DNA of 64,000 nucleotides from an uncultured Chitinophagaceae bacterium (GTDB lineage Bacteria; Bacteroidota; Bacteroidia; Chitinophagales; Chitinophagaceae), in NCBI GenBank assembly GCA_963759555.1, contig CAVWZV010000005.1, positions 71,422-135,421 of the forward strand. Direction: 5' to 3'. The number at the start of each line of letters is the position of its first letter. The first letter of the stretch is position 1. Below the pieces are notes generated by a model. It did no database searches. It had not been told where the DNA came from and saw only the letters and a list, made by a program, of their open reading frames with translations. Below, one piece after another: positions 21,368 to 31,631 of the stretch. The translations under genes and the position numbers were made by a program.

Positions 21368-21571
21368 CTAATAATTGCTGTGTGTTGAATCGGATGGTTG
21401 CTGATCGCGTTTATATCTTGCGTCATAGTGCCTGTGCGAGTAATGATGATATCGATGATAATATGGATATCGCTCGTAATAATATCCGGGCCTTCCGTAG
21501 GCAATATTTAAACCAACGAAAGTAATAATGGCCGATACCAGCCCGATAAAAAATAAACTGCCTCTTCTCAT
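21368..21571 (-). CDS. Small membrane protein with His/Tyr/Arg-rich tail
   Basis: N-terminal TM helix; tightly packed, co-oriented between the upstream gene and Hsp20. Confidence 0.6.
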   Translation of the reverse strand: MRRGSLFFIGLVSAIITFVGLNIAYGRPGYYYERYPYYHRYHHYSHRHYDARYKRDQQPSDSTHSNY

Positions 21572-21593
21572 AATTTAAAATTTTTATTAATAA

Positions 21594-21893
21594 TTATTCA
21601 GTTACAGGTTTAGATGCAAATAATTCCGCTTCCATTTTTTTCAGGAAAGCGCTGCGTTCTTCATCACTCATATTACGCCAGCGTTCTGCGTAAGCATTAT
21701 TATGCATAAAGTGGTATGGGGCGAAATCATTTCTCCAACCGCGCCTGTATCTTCTGCCAAACGCAAAAAAGCGAAATGCAAAAAATATTAATAAGAAAAT
21801 AAAAAAGAATCTGAATGGAAATGGAATAAAAAACAGGGCCGCGCCAGCAACTGTACCCATAACTATAGCTTTTACAATTTGTGTTGTTTTCAT
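21594..21893 (-). CDS. Small membrane protein
   Basis: Two hydrophobic segments followed by a WRNMSDEER motif; first gene of a 3-gene unit. Confidence 0.65.
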   Translation of the reverse strand: MKTTQIVKAIVMGTVAGAALFFIPFPFRFFFIFLLIFFAFRFFAFGRRYRRGWRNDFAPYHFMHNNAYAERWRNMSDEERSAFLKKMEAELFASKPVTE

Positions 21894-22108
21894 AATCTTC
21901 AATTTTTAGAATACTGCTTTATGAGGAAGACGTGCTAGCGAAAAAAATACTTTAAATCATCGAAAAAAGTTTTGGCGTTGCTAACGAAAAGCAATGGCAT
22001 CGCCCGGTATTCTTGTTGCAGAAAACTGATTAGCGATTTGGTTGATAAAACCCAGGCTCATTTGTAACTACTTCCCGGCGAGATAGTGGGCAGTGTTTGA
22101 AGGCATTT

Positions 22109-24592
22109 TTATTTCTTTTGATTCCATTTCCACTCAAGCATTTTTATAAAATATCCGCCAACTACACTGCGCGCCTGGAAACCAACCTGCGTACCGTCTG
22201 TTGTTTCATGCCAGTCACTTAATGGAACACGTGTTGGCGTTTCGGTGGCATATTTATAAACCGGTTTAATCAATGCATTAAATTTACTTGTGTCTGAAGC
22301 AAGCGTTGATGTCCATAAAATCCAATCGCTTTTTGTATAAGTTTTGCGGCTGTCCAACGGCAAACCAAAATCATTCTGGTGTGCAACATAATAACTGATT
22401 TCTTTATCAAACACGCTTTGTGGAAATAATTTCAAATCGAGCAGTTTGTCCCAAACCAAATTATATTTCTGGCTCCATGTGTTTTTTGCACCGAACGCCA
22501 AATCATAATGATCGCCGTCATCTGCTAATAATAACCATTGCTGCGCATAGCTGTGCGCAATCAAATCATAACGATTTGCCGTAGACTTATCACCAAGCAT
22601 ATTTGCCAGCATTGCATAAGCGCCAATTCCCACAATTGCTTTTACAGAAAGATTTGCATTGCGTGCAAGATGTCCTGCAAAATCATCTGTGCATAATTGA
22701 TTCGCCGGATCCAATCCATCCTTTACTAAAAATTCCACCCATTTACTTAATTCAGTCCAGTGCTGTTTTGCGTAGTTTGCATTGCCTTCTGCCTTTGCAA
22801 TAGCAGCAGTTGAAATTATCATGTTTCCTGCTTCTTCTACGGGCATATTTTCTCCGTAAGTTTGTCCGTTTGCAACAGGATATGTTCCCACATCATGTGC
22901 AGGAAAAGGCTTTGTCCATTTGCCGCTTTCGCTGTAATCGAAAATTGCATTCAGCATTCCTTTTAATAAGTCAGGATTATATACAAGTGATAACGGCGCT
23001 GATGGATATGTTACGTCAACCGTCCAGATAGATCCATTGCTGAAATTTTCTTTTTGCGGAAATAAAATTTCATCATGATTGCCTCTAACGAGCTTATGTG
23101 CAGCAAGCGATTGACGATACGCCATCACGCAAAGATTTGCGTACGTAGTATCACCGGCTTTAGTGGCATCGGCATATAACTGCTTGTCAAATGCATTGCA
23201 CCTGGCAACAATATTTGGGTATTGTTGTGCTGATGTTTCAAGCAAATCATCCATACTTTGAAAATTTTTTTTCCACCAGGCCTGCATATTCTCATTAAAA
23301 TATTGAATGGAATAAATATCATCGTAACCCATCATAACTGTTGCATCGCTGGTGTTTTCATTATCGGTAAACATAGAAATGTTTGCAGCCAGTAAAAAGT
23401 TTTTGCCTGATGCATCTTTATCAATAAACGAAGATGAAAACACACCATTCTCCAAATAATCTTTTATAATATTTTGTATAGATGTTATTCTTACTTCGTA
23501 TTGTTTTTGCTGCGGGGTGGCGAGGTAAGCATAACCCCAGTTTATGCGCACATTATCGCCTTTCTTTTGCAGAACCGGCTGTGCACTTGTGCCGCATTTT
23601 AAAATATTTAAATTTTTTGTTTGATAAGATATTGCCTTCATAAGCTCCTCATCTGAATTGCTGGCAACAGCACAACTTGCCGCAAGTAAAACATTCACCT
23701 GGTGTATATTATTATCGTTTGCGGTAACTGAAAAATGAACAAAAGAAACCGGCCGCGAAAGCATGTCTAAATCATTAGCGAGCAGCGGTGATAAAAAATC
23801 CACTTCGAGATTTACGGCCCCGCAATTGAATAAATATTTTGTTTGCGTTGCTGTAACGTATACAGCATTTTGTTTTGCAGTGAGAATGTTAGGTATAAGC
23901 TGGCGTGTGGCAATGCCCGCATCAAGCCACGCATCTCCGCCGGTGTTGGTGCAATGAATAGCCAGCAAATTGTTGCCGCGCCGTAATTTTTTTATAATGT
24001 CATCCGGTAATGTATGCGGACGTATTTCATCTGTTGCACAAGTGCATTCATAAACCTTTTCACCATTAATATAAACCTCCGCATCATCATCGTTTCGTAA
24101 ATACAAAATCAATTGTTGTATGGCTGTATCAAACACATTAAACTGACGACGCACCCAAATTTCTTTCGTGTTCCATTCTGTTGATGGACGCACTTCTTTG
24201 TTACTAAATGGTAAGGTTGCGGATGACCATGCTGCATCATCATAATTTTCAGTCATCCAGTTTTGTGCGGGTGCCGCAGTTATATATTTTGATTTATGGG
24301 GCTGCTGATCGCTGGTTGGTGCCAGCCATTGCACGGGATAAGCGGCCTGCCCTAAAAAACTATAAATTTTTCCATCTACTCTTAATAGGCCATAAAGCGG
24401 TTGCTCTTTACCTGTCCAGTGTTTTGTGTTTGACTCATTAAGTTTATCGGTAAAACTCCAGATGCTGAAATAGGGGTCGTGCGTAATGAGCGGATATGCG
24501 GGCATTTTAGTAACCTGCGCATCAGCGTTGAATAAAAAAATAAAAAACAAAAATGATAGCTTAATGCAGCGACAAAACTTTAATTGAAACAT
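22109..24592 (-). CDS. GtaA-like 'glutaminase' (DUF4964/DUF5127/DUF4965) with inserted galactose-binding-like domain
   Basis: [67 protein letters not shown]. Confidence 0.85.
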   Translation of the reverse strand: MFQLKFCRCIKLSFLFFIFLFNADAQVTKMPAYPLITHDPYFSIWSFTDKLNESNTKHWTGKEQPLYGLLRVDGKIYSFLGQAAYPVQWLAPTSDQQPHKSKYITAAPAQNWMTENYDDAAWSSATLPFSNKEVRPSTEWNTKEIWVRRQFNVFDTAIQQLILYLRNDDDAEVYINGEKVYECTCATDEIRPHTLPDDIIKKLRRGNNLLAIHCTNTGGDAWLDAGIATRQLIPNILTAKQNAVYVTATQTKYLFNCGAVNLEVDFLSPLLANDLDMLSRPVSFVHFSVTANDNNIHQVNVLLAASCAVASNSDEELMKAISYQTKNLNILKCGTSAQPVLQKKGDNVRINWGYAYLATPQQKQYEVRITSIQNIIKDYLENGVFSSSFIDKDASGKNFLLAANISMFTDNENTSDATVMMGYDDIYSIQYFNENMQAWWKKNFQSMDDLLETSAQQYPNIVARCNAFDKQLYADATKAGDTTYANLCVMAYRQSLAAHKLVRGNHDEILFPQKENFSNGSIWTVDVTYPSAPLSLVYNPDLLKGMLNAIFDYSESGKWTKPFPAHDVGTYPVANGQTYGENMPVEEAGNMIISTAAIAKAEGNANYAKQHWTELSKWVEFLVKDGLDPANQLCTDDFAGHLARNANLSVKAIVGIGAYAMLANMLGDKSTANRYDLIAHSYAQQWLLLADDGDHYDLAFGAKNTWSQKYNLVWDKLLDLKLFPQSVFDKEISYYVAHQNDFGLPLDSRKTYTKSDWILWTSTLASDTSKFNALIKPVYKYATETPTRVPLSDWHETTDGTQVGFQARSVVGGYFIKMLEWKWNQKK

Positions 24593-24751
24593 TGAATGTG
24601 AGTTTCGCGCAAAGTAATAAAGTGGCGTTAAGAAGCAAAGAGAGATTTGAAAGACCTCATCCCAACCCTTCTGCAAAGAAGAAGAACAAGATTTTTTTAA
24701 ACCAAGTATCGCCTTTACAATTACATGAACAAAGTTTTCTTCCCGGAAGAT

Positions 24752-26710
24752 CTAATAATTTACTTTTATTTCTTTCATTTTTGTGGGAAGCCAAACCTGC
24801 ATTTCATTTTTACCACGGTTACACCATGTATAATAAGGAATAGCAGTAATTGTTTTTTCTGTTGATTGTAAACTGCTGCCATCTGCCGAAGGTTCTATTA
24901 CGTTTGCTTTTGCCTGTATGGCAACAACAGGTTCATTCACTATTTTATAATCGACTGTTTGCAATGGCTTATCATTTTTTAAAACGAGATTCCAGGCTTT
25001 GCCATTGTTATCTGCGCCTTCAACACAATACACAACTGGCCCCCGCTGTAAAGCAATACGATCATTATCATACAACACTTCTTTTTTAGAACTTACCTGC
25101 AGCACCGGCATTGCATATTCAAAACTGATTACATCGCCTGTCTTCCACTTATTTGTAATAATTGCGTAACCGTTTTGTTGTTTAAATTCAACTGCCTTTC
25201 CATTTACAAAAAATTGCGGCGTTTGTTTTGTTTCATTTTTTACGAAATATAAATCACCGTCAACAATATCATTCTGCGTCCAGCCGGGAATGCGGATATA
25301 CACAGCAAATTCAGTTGGTTTTTTGGGTGAAAGATTAACGGTTACTTTTCCATCCCACGGATAATTGGTTTGCATGTTTACATCAACATCTGCATTATTA
25401 ATTTTTGCCGATGTATTGCTGCCGATGAAAAGATTTATCCAGAGGCTTTTATCATTCACTCCATAAATATAATTGCCAATGCCAGCCACAAGCCGTGAAA
25501 TATTTGCCGGGCAACATGCTGTACCAAACCATTCACTTCGCTGGTGCTGCCCGTTTGATGCAAGCGGGTTATCATAAAAAAAACGATCGCCGCTTAAGCT
25601 TAAACCATCCAGTGCGCCATTGTATAAGCTTCTTTCAAGCACATCAATATATTTTGCATCGCCTGTAAGTTCAGTCATTCTTTCATTCCACAAAACCATC
25701 CCAACAGAGGCACAGGTTTCGCAATATGCAGATTCATTTGGTAAATCAAAATCTTTACTAAAGCCTTCATTATCTCCGCTTGGGCCAATACCGCCGGTTA
25801 AATACATATTGCGATACACCACATCTTCCCAAACTTTTTTCATTGCATTTATATAATCTTCATTGCTTGTAGCTGCGGCAACATCTGCAGTTCCGCTGTA
25901 CAAATACATAGCGCGTACCGCATGCCCTGTAATTTGCGTTTGATCTTTTACAGGCAACACATCCTGCCAATATTCAGGTTTAACCCATTCATTTTTTTGA
26001 TAAGTATAAATATGTTTGCCACGTTGATTAAGATACCAGTTGGCTAACTTTTCGTAATTCTCGTTACCTGTAACATGGTAGAGTTTCATTAAACCAATTT
26101 CAATTTCTTCATGTCCGCTAAACCATTGCCTATTATTAATGCGCATTGTTGTATCGATATGATTGGCAAGACGGATAGCAACATCCAGTAATTTTCTTTT
26201 TCCTGTTGCGTCATAATATGCAACGGCAGCTTCCATTAGATGACCTGCGTTATAATCTTCATGATTTCCAATTTCTGTCCAGCGCTTTGAGATATCGCGG
26301 AGTTGATAGTAAGTGTCAAGATAACCATCAGGCATCTGCGCAGCAGCGACGTAATTTATCCATCTGTCTGCGGTGTTTTCTATAGCAGTATCAGGATGAT
26401 TTTTTAACGAATAGCCCATTGCTTCCAGTGCTTTATATACGTCACTGTCATCATAAACAAGCCCAACAAATTTTCCTGAATGGTTTGCTGCATTAATAAA
26501 ATTCTGAATACGCGGCGTTGCAATTTCAGTTTGATAAATGCAGGCCTGCAAAGATTTAGTGGCCACCAAATCGATCTTCGGTTTCCAAAAATGATCCGTT
26601 ACTTCAACATGCGAAAAATCTATTGGCGTAAAAAATTTATTTGACTGCTGCGCACTCAGGTTTAGTTTTAAAAAAAACAGCAGGATAAAAAAACAGCTTA
26701 ATAGTTTCAT
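24752..26710 (-). CDS. GH127 beta-L-arabinofuranosidase family
   Basis: DSDVYK, HEDYNAGH, GHAVRAMY, YCETCAS, ACCP zinc-binding cysteines, RGPVVYC. Confidence 0.92.
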   Translation of the reverse strand: MKLLSCFFILLFFLKLNLSAQQSNKFFTPIDFSHVEVTDHFWKPKIDLVATKSLQACIYQTEIATPRIQNFINAANHSGKFVGLVYDDSDVYKALEAMGYSLKNHPDTAIENTADRWINYVAAAQMPDGYLDTYYQLRDISKRWTEIGNHEDYNAGHLMEAAVAYYDATGKRKLLDVAIRLANHIDTTMRINNRQWFSGHEEIEIGLMKLYHVTGNENYEKLANWYLNQRGKHIYTYQKNEWVKPEYWQDVLPVKDQTQITGHAVRAMYLYSGTADVAAATSNEDYINAMKKVWEDVVYRNMYLTGGIGPSGDNEGFSKDFDLPNESAYCETCASVGMVLWNERMTELTGDAKYIDVLERSLYNGALDGLSLSGDRFFYDNPLASNGQHQRSEWFGTACCPANISRLVAGIGNYIYGVNDKSLWINLFIGSNTSAKINNADVDVNMQTNYPWDGKVTVNLSPKKPTEFAVYIRIPGWTQNDIVDGDLYFVKNETKQTPQFFVNGKAVEFKQQNGYAIITNKWKTGDVISFEYAMPVLQVSSKKEVLYDNDRIALQRGPVVYCVEGADNNGKAWNLVLKNDKPLQTVDYKIVNEPVVAIQAKANVIEPSADGSSLQSTEKTITAIPYYTWCNRGKNEMQVWLPTKMKEIKVNY

Positions 26711-26938
26711 ATAAAACGCTTGAAAATTTTTCTAAAAGTATATATTACTGAAGAAGGTTTAGATCAAAATTAATTTTTAAATTTTTTTTGAAAAAAATCT
26801 TGTAATACAAAACCTTTTTTTAGTATTCATATTTAGTTTTTTCCTGCTGAGAAATTTATTTTGCCCGCCTGGCCTGTTTCACTTCATCAACCTTATTTAT
26901 GCAGATAACTTGGCATTATTAACCACAAAAATTTAATT

Positions 26939-27277
26939 ATGAAAAAAGTACTTCTTGCAGCGCTTATGCTGTTTTCCATCTGTTCTTTTGCAACAGTTAA
27001 CACCGGCACAGCTACGGTATTGCAAACAAGCGTTTCTGGTGATGGGCGTCACATTCCGGCATCAGACGTTCCTAACGCGGTAGTTAAAAGTTTTAACCGG
27101 CATTTTCCAAATGCAAAAAATGTTAGCTGGGAAGTCGAAAGGGAGCATGGCTCAAAAGTGTATTCGGCTAGGTTCAGGCAAAACGGCCAATGCAAACAGG
27201 CAGAATTTTTACCCAGCGGTACATTGGTGGAAGTAAAGAACAGAAGTTGTAACAGTGGTGGTTCAGGAGATGATTAA
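26939..27277 (+). CDS. Secreted PepSY-like domain protein
   Basis: Signal peptide; VPNAVVKSF..FP.AKNVSWE...Y.A.F pattern. Confidence 0.7.
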   Translation: MKKVLLAALMLFSICSFATVNTGTATVLQTSVSGDGRHIPASDVPNAVVKSFNRHFPNAKNVSWEVEREHGSKVYSARFRQNGQCKQAEFLPSGTLVEVKNRSCNSGGSGDD

Positions 27278-27306
27278 TAAAAATTATTCTCTAAGAAATC
27301 CCAAAG

Positions 27307-27342
27307 AAACCAGGAAGCTTTACAGCTCCTGGTTTTATTTTT
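27307..27342. terminator. Intrinsic terminator between convergent genes
   Basis: AAACCAGG-A-AGCT-TTAC-AGCT-CCTGGTTT hairpin followed by T-rich tract. Confidence 0.6.
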
Positions 27343-27381
27343 ATGCTTTATTGCCTGTTCAAATGTTTCAAAACTTATCAT

Positions 27382-29409
27382 TTATCTCAACACAACAGCC
27401 GCCAAAGCCGGTAAATGAATTTTTAATTTGTATGCTTTTGTTGGTTCATCCACCAATTCAACTTTTATATCAGGATTAAATACATCACCCGTTCCCCAAA
27501 AATCTTTATCGTCACTATTAAAAATTTCCTGCCAATCGCTTTTATTATGCACATAAATTTCCCAATCATGATGAACAATCGGCGTCATGTTTAAGATAAC
27601 AAGCACATCATCTTTGTGATTATTTCCAATGCGTTTATATGATAAAACCGCTTCACTTCCTTTGGTTAAATCAAGCCATTCAAAACCGCCGGGCTCAAAT
27701 TGTTTTTCATATAATGCAGGTTCGTTTTTATATAACTCATTTAATTTTTGCACGCAATATTTCATGCCGCCATGACTTGGAAACTGTAACAACTCCCAAT
27801 TCAATTCGGTTTTATAATTCCATTCTTTTGTTTGCGCAAACTCATCACCCATAAATAATAATTTACCACCGGGATGTGTAAACATATATGTATATAATAA
27901 ACGAAGGTTGGCGAACTTCTGCCATTCATCACCAGGCATTTTATAAATCATCGGGCTTTTGCCATGCACCACTTCATCATGACTTAAAGGCAACATAAAA
28001 TTTTCGTCGTAGAAATACATCATGCTGAACGTAAATTTATTTTGAATAAGGTGACGCAGCATTGGTTCCATTTTAAAATAATCCAGCGTGTCGTGCATCC
28101 AGCCCATCATCCATTTCATACCAAAGCCTAAACCATCTTCAAATGTTGGCCTGCTTATTTTAGGCCAGTCTGATGCTTCTTCTGCGATGGTTTGTATATC
28201 AGGAAAATCTCTGAATAAAGTTTCATTCAAATCTTTTATAAATGCAATGGCTTCAATGTTTCCATTGCTGCCATATTCATTCGGCTCCCACTGACCTTCT
28301 TTGCGGCTGTAATCCAAGCGCAACATTGAACTTACTGCATCAACACGCAAACCATCCGCATGAAAACGGTCGCACCAGAAACGTCCATTGCTGATTAAAA
28401 AACTTTTTACTTCACCGCGTTTATAATTAAATACATAAGAATTCCAGTCGGGATGATAGCCTTTGCGCATATCAGCATATTCATAAGTGTGCGTGCCGTC
28501 AAACATAAACAAGCCATGCGCATCATAAGGAAAATGCGAAGGCACCCAATCGAGAATTACACCGATGCCTGCTTTATGAAATGCATCAACCATCGCCGCA
28601 AAATCCTGCGGACTTCCAAAGCGAGAAGTAGGAGCAAAGTAACCTGTACCCTGGTAACCCCAACTGCCATCGAAAGGATGTTCCATCACCGGCATAAATT
28701 CAACATGCGTAAAACCCATTTGCTTTACATATGGCACGAGACGTTCTGTAATTTGCGCGTATGTGTTATAACTTTCCTCATCATACTTATCGGGCCGCAT
28801 CCAGCTTGCAAGATGTACTTCATACACAGACCATGGTGATTTTAATGAATTGTTTTTTTCGCGGTGTTTCATCCAGTGCTTATCGGTCCATTCGTAAAAA
28901 GTTCCCCATGTTATTGATGCTGTAAGCGGACGTTTTTCCCATAAGTGTGCAAAGGGATCGCCTTTATCTAATTGCTTTCCTTCGAAACCATGAATATGAT
29001 ATTTATAACTTTCGCCGCTCCAAACGTTTGGTATAAATCCTTCCCAGATCCCGCTGTTTTCCAGACGCACATATAGCGGATGTGCATCATTATTCCAGTC
29101 ATTAAAGTTTCCTATAACGCTTACCTGCGTTGCGTTTGGTGCCCATACAGCAAAATAAGTTCCCTGCGTATTCAGCACTTCTAATTGTTTATTCCCAAAC
29201 AATTCATATAACCGGTAATGTGTGCCGTTTTGGAAATTGCTTATGTCTTCTTCGGTGAATAAAGAATAATTCCATACAGGTTTTGTGCTGTCTACAAAGT
29301 GCACGTCCTCATAATTTTTATCTATGTTTTGGGGCTGATGTTTTTCTTTTGGTGCAACATAGGTATGATCTGTTTTCTGCGCATTATTTTTATCGTCTGC
29401 TGATTTCAT
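27382..29409 (-). CDS. glgB: 1,4-alpha-glucan branching enzyme
   Basis: VWAPNA, YEVHLASW, EHPFDGSWGYQ, DWVPSHF, GLRVDAVSSM, IAEE, LSHDEVVHGK. Confidence 0.96.
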   Translation of the reverse strand: MKSADDKNNAQKTDHTYVAPKEKHQPQNIDKNYEDVHFVDSTKPVWNYSLFTEEDISNFQNGTHYRLYELFGNKQLEVLNTQGTYFAVWAPNATQVSVIGNFNDWNNDAHPLYVRLENSGIWEGFIPNVWSGESYKYHIHGFEGKQLDKGDPFAHLWEKRPLTASITWGTFYEWTDKHWMKHREKNNSLKSPWSVYEVHLASWMRPDKYDEESYNTYAQITERLVPYVKQMGFTHVEFMPVMEHPFDGSWGYQGTGYFAPTSRFGSPQDFAAMVDAFHKAGIGVILDWVPSHFPYDAHGLFMFDGTHTYEYADMRKGYHPDWNSYVFNYKRGEVKSFLISNGRFWCDRFHADGLRVDAVSSMLRLDYSRKEGQWEPNEYGSNGNIEAIAFIKDLNETLFRDFPDIQTIAEEASDWPKISRPTFEDGLGFGMKWMMGWMHDTLDYFKMEPMLRHLIQNKFTFSMMYFYDENFMLPLSHDEVVHGKSPMIYKMPGDEWQKFANLRLLYTYMFTHPGGKLLFMGDEFAQTKEWNYKTELNWELLQFPSHGGMKYCVQKLNELYKNEPALYEKQFEPGGFEWLDLTKGSEAVLSYKRIGNNHKDDVLVILNMTPIVHHDWEIYVHNKSDWQEIFNSDDKDFWGTGDVFNPDIKVELVDEPTKAYKLKIHLPALAAVVLR

Positions 29410-29605
29410 AACTAAACTTTTTATGTGTTATACGGGCTTTATATAAAATTAGCATTCGTAAACCGTTTTACATTTTTTTTATAAACGTGATTAGATTTAA
29501 GTGCCTTATATCAGTCAATAAAATGAGCGCTTCTCCTGTTTAATTATTTTGATAATAACTTTGCGCCGTTTAGATATTCTTTATTACAGACTAAGCACCC
29601 TTACC

Positions 29606-31486
29606 ATGAATTTATTGAAGAGTTCTAAAAGATCAGATGCTATACCTATTGCCGTTTCGCTTGATACAACCACGCACGTTGACCATCTTGAAACAAAACC
29701 GCTGGTTGATAAACGCGTTTTTTATTTAAGCATACAGGCTATCATAAATGCAATTATCATTGGCGGCATTGCAAAATTTTTAGTGCTGCTAATAAATCTT
29801 ATTACCAATATTTCTTTCTATGGAAAATTTTCTTTTGCATCTGTAACTATTACCAATCATTTGGGTGTATTTATAATTATAATTCCTATAATCGGTGGAT
29901 TGATTGTAGGTATAATGGCAAGATTTGGCTCAGCGGCTATTCGCGGTCATGGCATTCCTGAAGCAATGGAACAGGTGCTTACAAATGAAAGCAAAATAAA
30001 ACCTATCATCACTTTTTTAAAACCAATTTCTGCTGCAATTTCTATTGGTACCGGCGGACCATTTGGTGCTGAAGGACCGATTATTTCAACTGGCGGTGCA
30101 TTAGGTTCTGTTGCCGGACAAATAATGCATATTACTGCCAGCGAAAGAAAAGTAATGCTTACTGCCGGTGCAACTGCAGGCATGGCTGCAATATTCGGAA
30201 CACCACTCGCTGCTGTTTTACTTGCTATTGAATTATTATTGTTTGAATTTTCGCCACGGTCAATTATACCCGTTGCTTTGGCATGCGTAACAGGTGCAGG
30301 AATGCACTTTGCATTATTTGGAACAGAAGCTGTTTTTGCAATGCCGGATATTCCTGAACCAAGTTCTATTGCGATTGTTACATATATTTTTCTCGGTGCG
30401 GCAATCGGAGTAATTGCTGCCCTCGTTTCAAAAAGTATTTATGTAATTGAAGATGCGTTTGAAAAACTTCCCATTCACTGGATGTGGTGGCCCGCAATAG
30501 GTGCCATTGCTGTTGGCGTAGTTGGTTATTTTGCGCCTTATACTTTGGGTGTTGGTTACAGTAATATCAGTGCATTGTTATCAGGAAAGCTTACCATACA
30601 ATTAATATTGGGATTGTGCTTTCTGAAATTTATTTCATGGTCAATTTCGTTGGGCAGTGGTACATCAGGCGGAACGTTGGCGCCTTTGTTAACCATCGGC
30701 GGTGCATTTGGAATTTTGTTAGGAACTTTTACGCAAAAAATTTTTCCGGGCTCGGATATAAACCTGCCAACCTGTGCATTAATCGGTATGGCTTCAATGT
30801 TTGCAGGTGCATCAAGAGCATTACTCACTTCAATTGTTTTTGCTTTTGAATCTACTATGCAGCCACATGGATTATTGCCTTTACTCGGCGCTTGTATTGC
30901 TGCATATTTTGTTTCATTTTTTTTAATGAAACATGGCACCATCATGACAGAAAAAATTAATCGCCGCGGCGTGTTTACACCCAATGCATATGAGGCCGAT
31001 ATTTTGCAAAGATTAAGTGTAGAGGCGGTTATGCAGGAAGACCCTGCAGTATTAAGCGGCGATAATACAGTGGCAGAAGTAAAAGAATGGGCGCATGAAA
31101 CAGCCAATGGAAATTTACCTAAAAATCTTGCTGTTGTTGATGAAAATGAAAACCTGATTGGTATAATCATATTAAGAACAATACTTGAAAGGAATGATAA
31201 TGATTCTACGCCTGTAAGCGAATTGGTAACAGGAAAAAATATTTACGTTTATAATAATAGTCAGCTAAGTTTTGCCGTTGATGTAATGCACAGGTTTAAA
31301 GTAAATTTTTTACCGGTTGTTGACAGAGGGAACAAGAAAAAAGTAATTGGTGTTTTAACTCCGCAGGATGTATTTGGCGCATACAGAAAACGCAAACACG
31401 AAGAAGATATTTATAAACGGGAAATATCATTACGCAGGCGAGGATATAAATTAATTGTAAGAGGAAAGCAATTGCTGAAAAGTTAA
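29606..31486 (+). CDS. ClC chloride channel/antiporter with CBS domains
   Basis: GHGIPE, GAEGP, GGTLAP signature motifs; C-terminal CBS pair; TAACTTTG at 29556-29563 favours ATG 29606 as start. Confidence 0.92.
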   Translation: MNLLKSSKRSDAIPIAVSLDTTTHVDHLETKPLVDKRVFYLSIQAIINAIIIGGIAKFLVLLINLITNISFYGKFSFASVTITNHLGVFIIIIPIIGGLIVGIMARFGSAAIRGHGIPEAMEQVLTNESKIKPIITFLKPISAAISIGTGGPFGAEGPIISTGGALGSVAGQIMHITASERKVMLTAGATAGMAAIFGTPLAAVLLAIELLLFEFSPRSIIPVALACVTGAGMHFALFGTEAVFAMPDIPEPSSIAIVTYIFLGAAIGVIAALVSKSIYVIEDAFEKLPIHWMWWPAIGAIAVGVVGYFAPYTLGVGYSNISALLSGKLTIQLILGLCFLKFISWSISLGSGTSGGTLAPLLTIGGAFGILLGTFTQKIFPGSDINLPTCALIGMASMFAGASRALLTSIVFAFESTMQPHGLLPLLGACIAAYFVSFFLMKHGTIMTEKINRRGVFTPNAYEADILQRLSVEAVMQEDPAVLSGDNTVAEVKEWAHETANGNLPKNLAVVDENENLIGIIILRTILERNDNDSTPVSELVTGKNIYVYNNSQLSFAVDVMHRFKVNFLPVVDRGNKKKVIGVLTPQDVFGAYRKRKHEEDIYKREISLRRRGYKLIVRGKQLLKS

Positions 31487-31631
31487 GCCGGTAATCATTT
31501 AATATTTCCGGTTAAATTATTTATTCCAACGCATTGTGGAATTCAAAAGATTTTGCATCTTAATAAGTATTCTTAACTTATTATATAGAATTTATTTCAT
31601 CAATTTGGTGTTGATAAACCCTCCAACGCTT

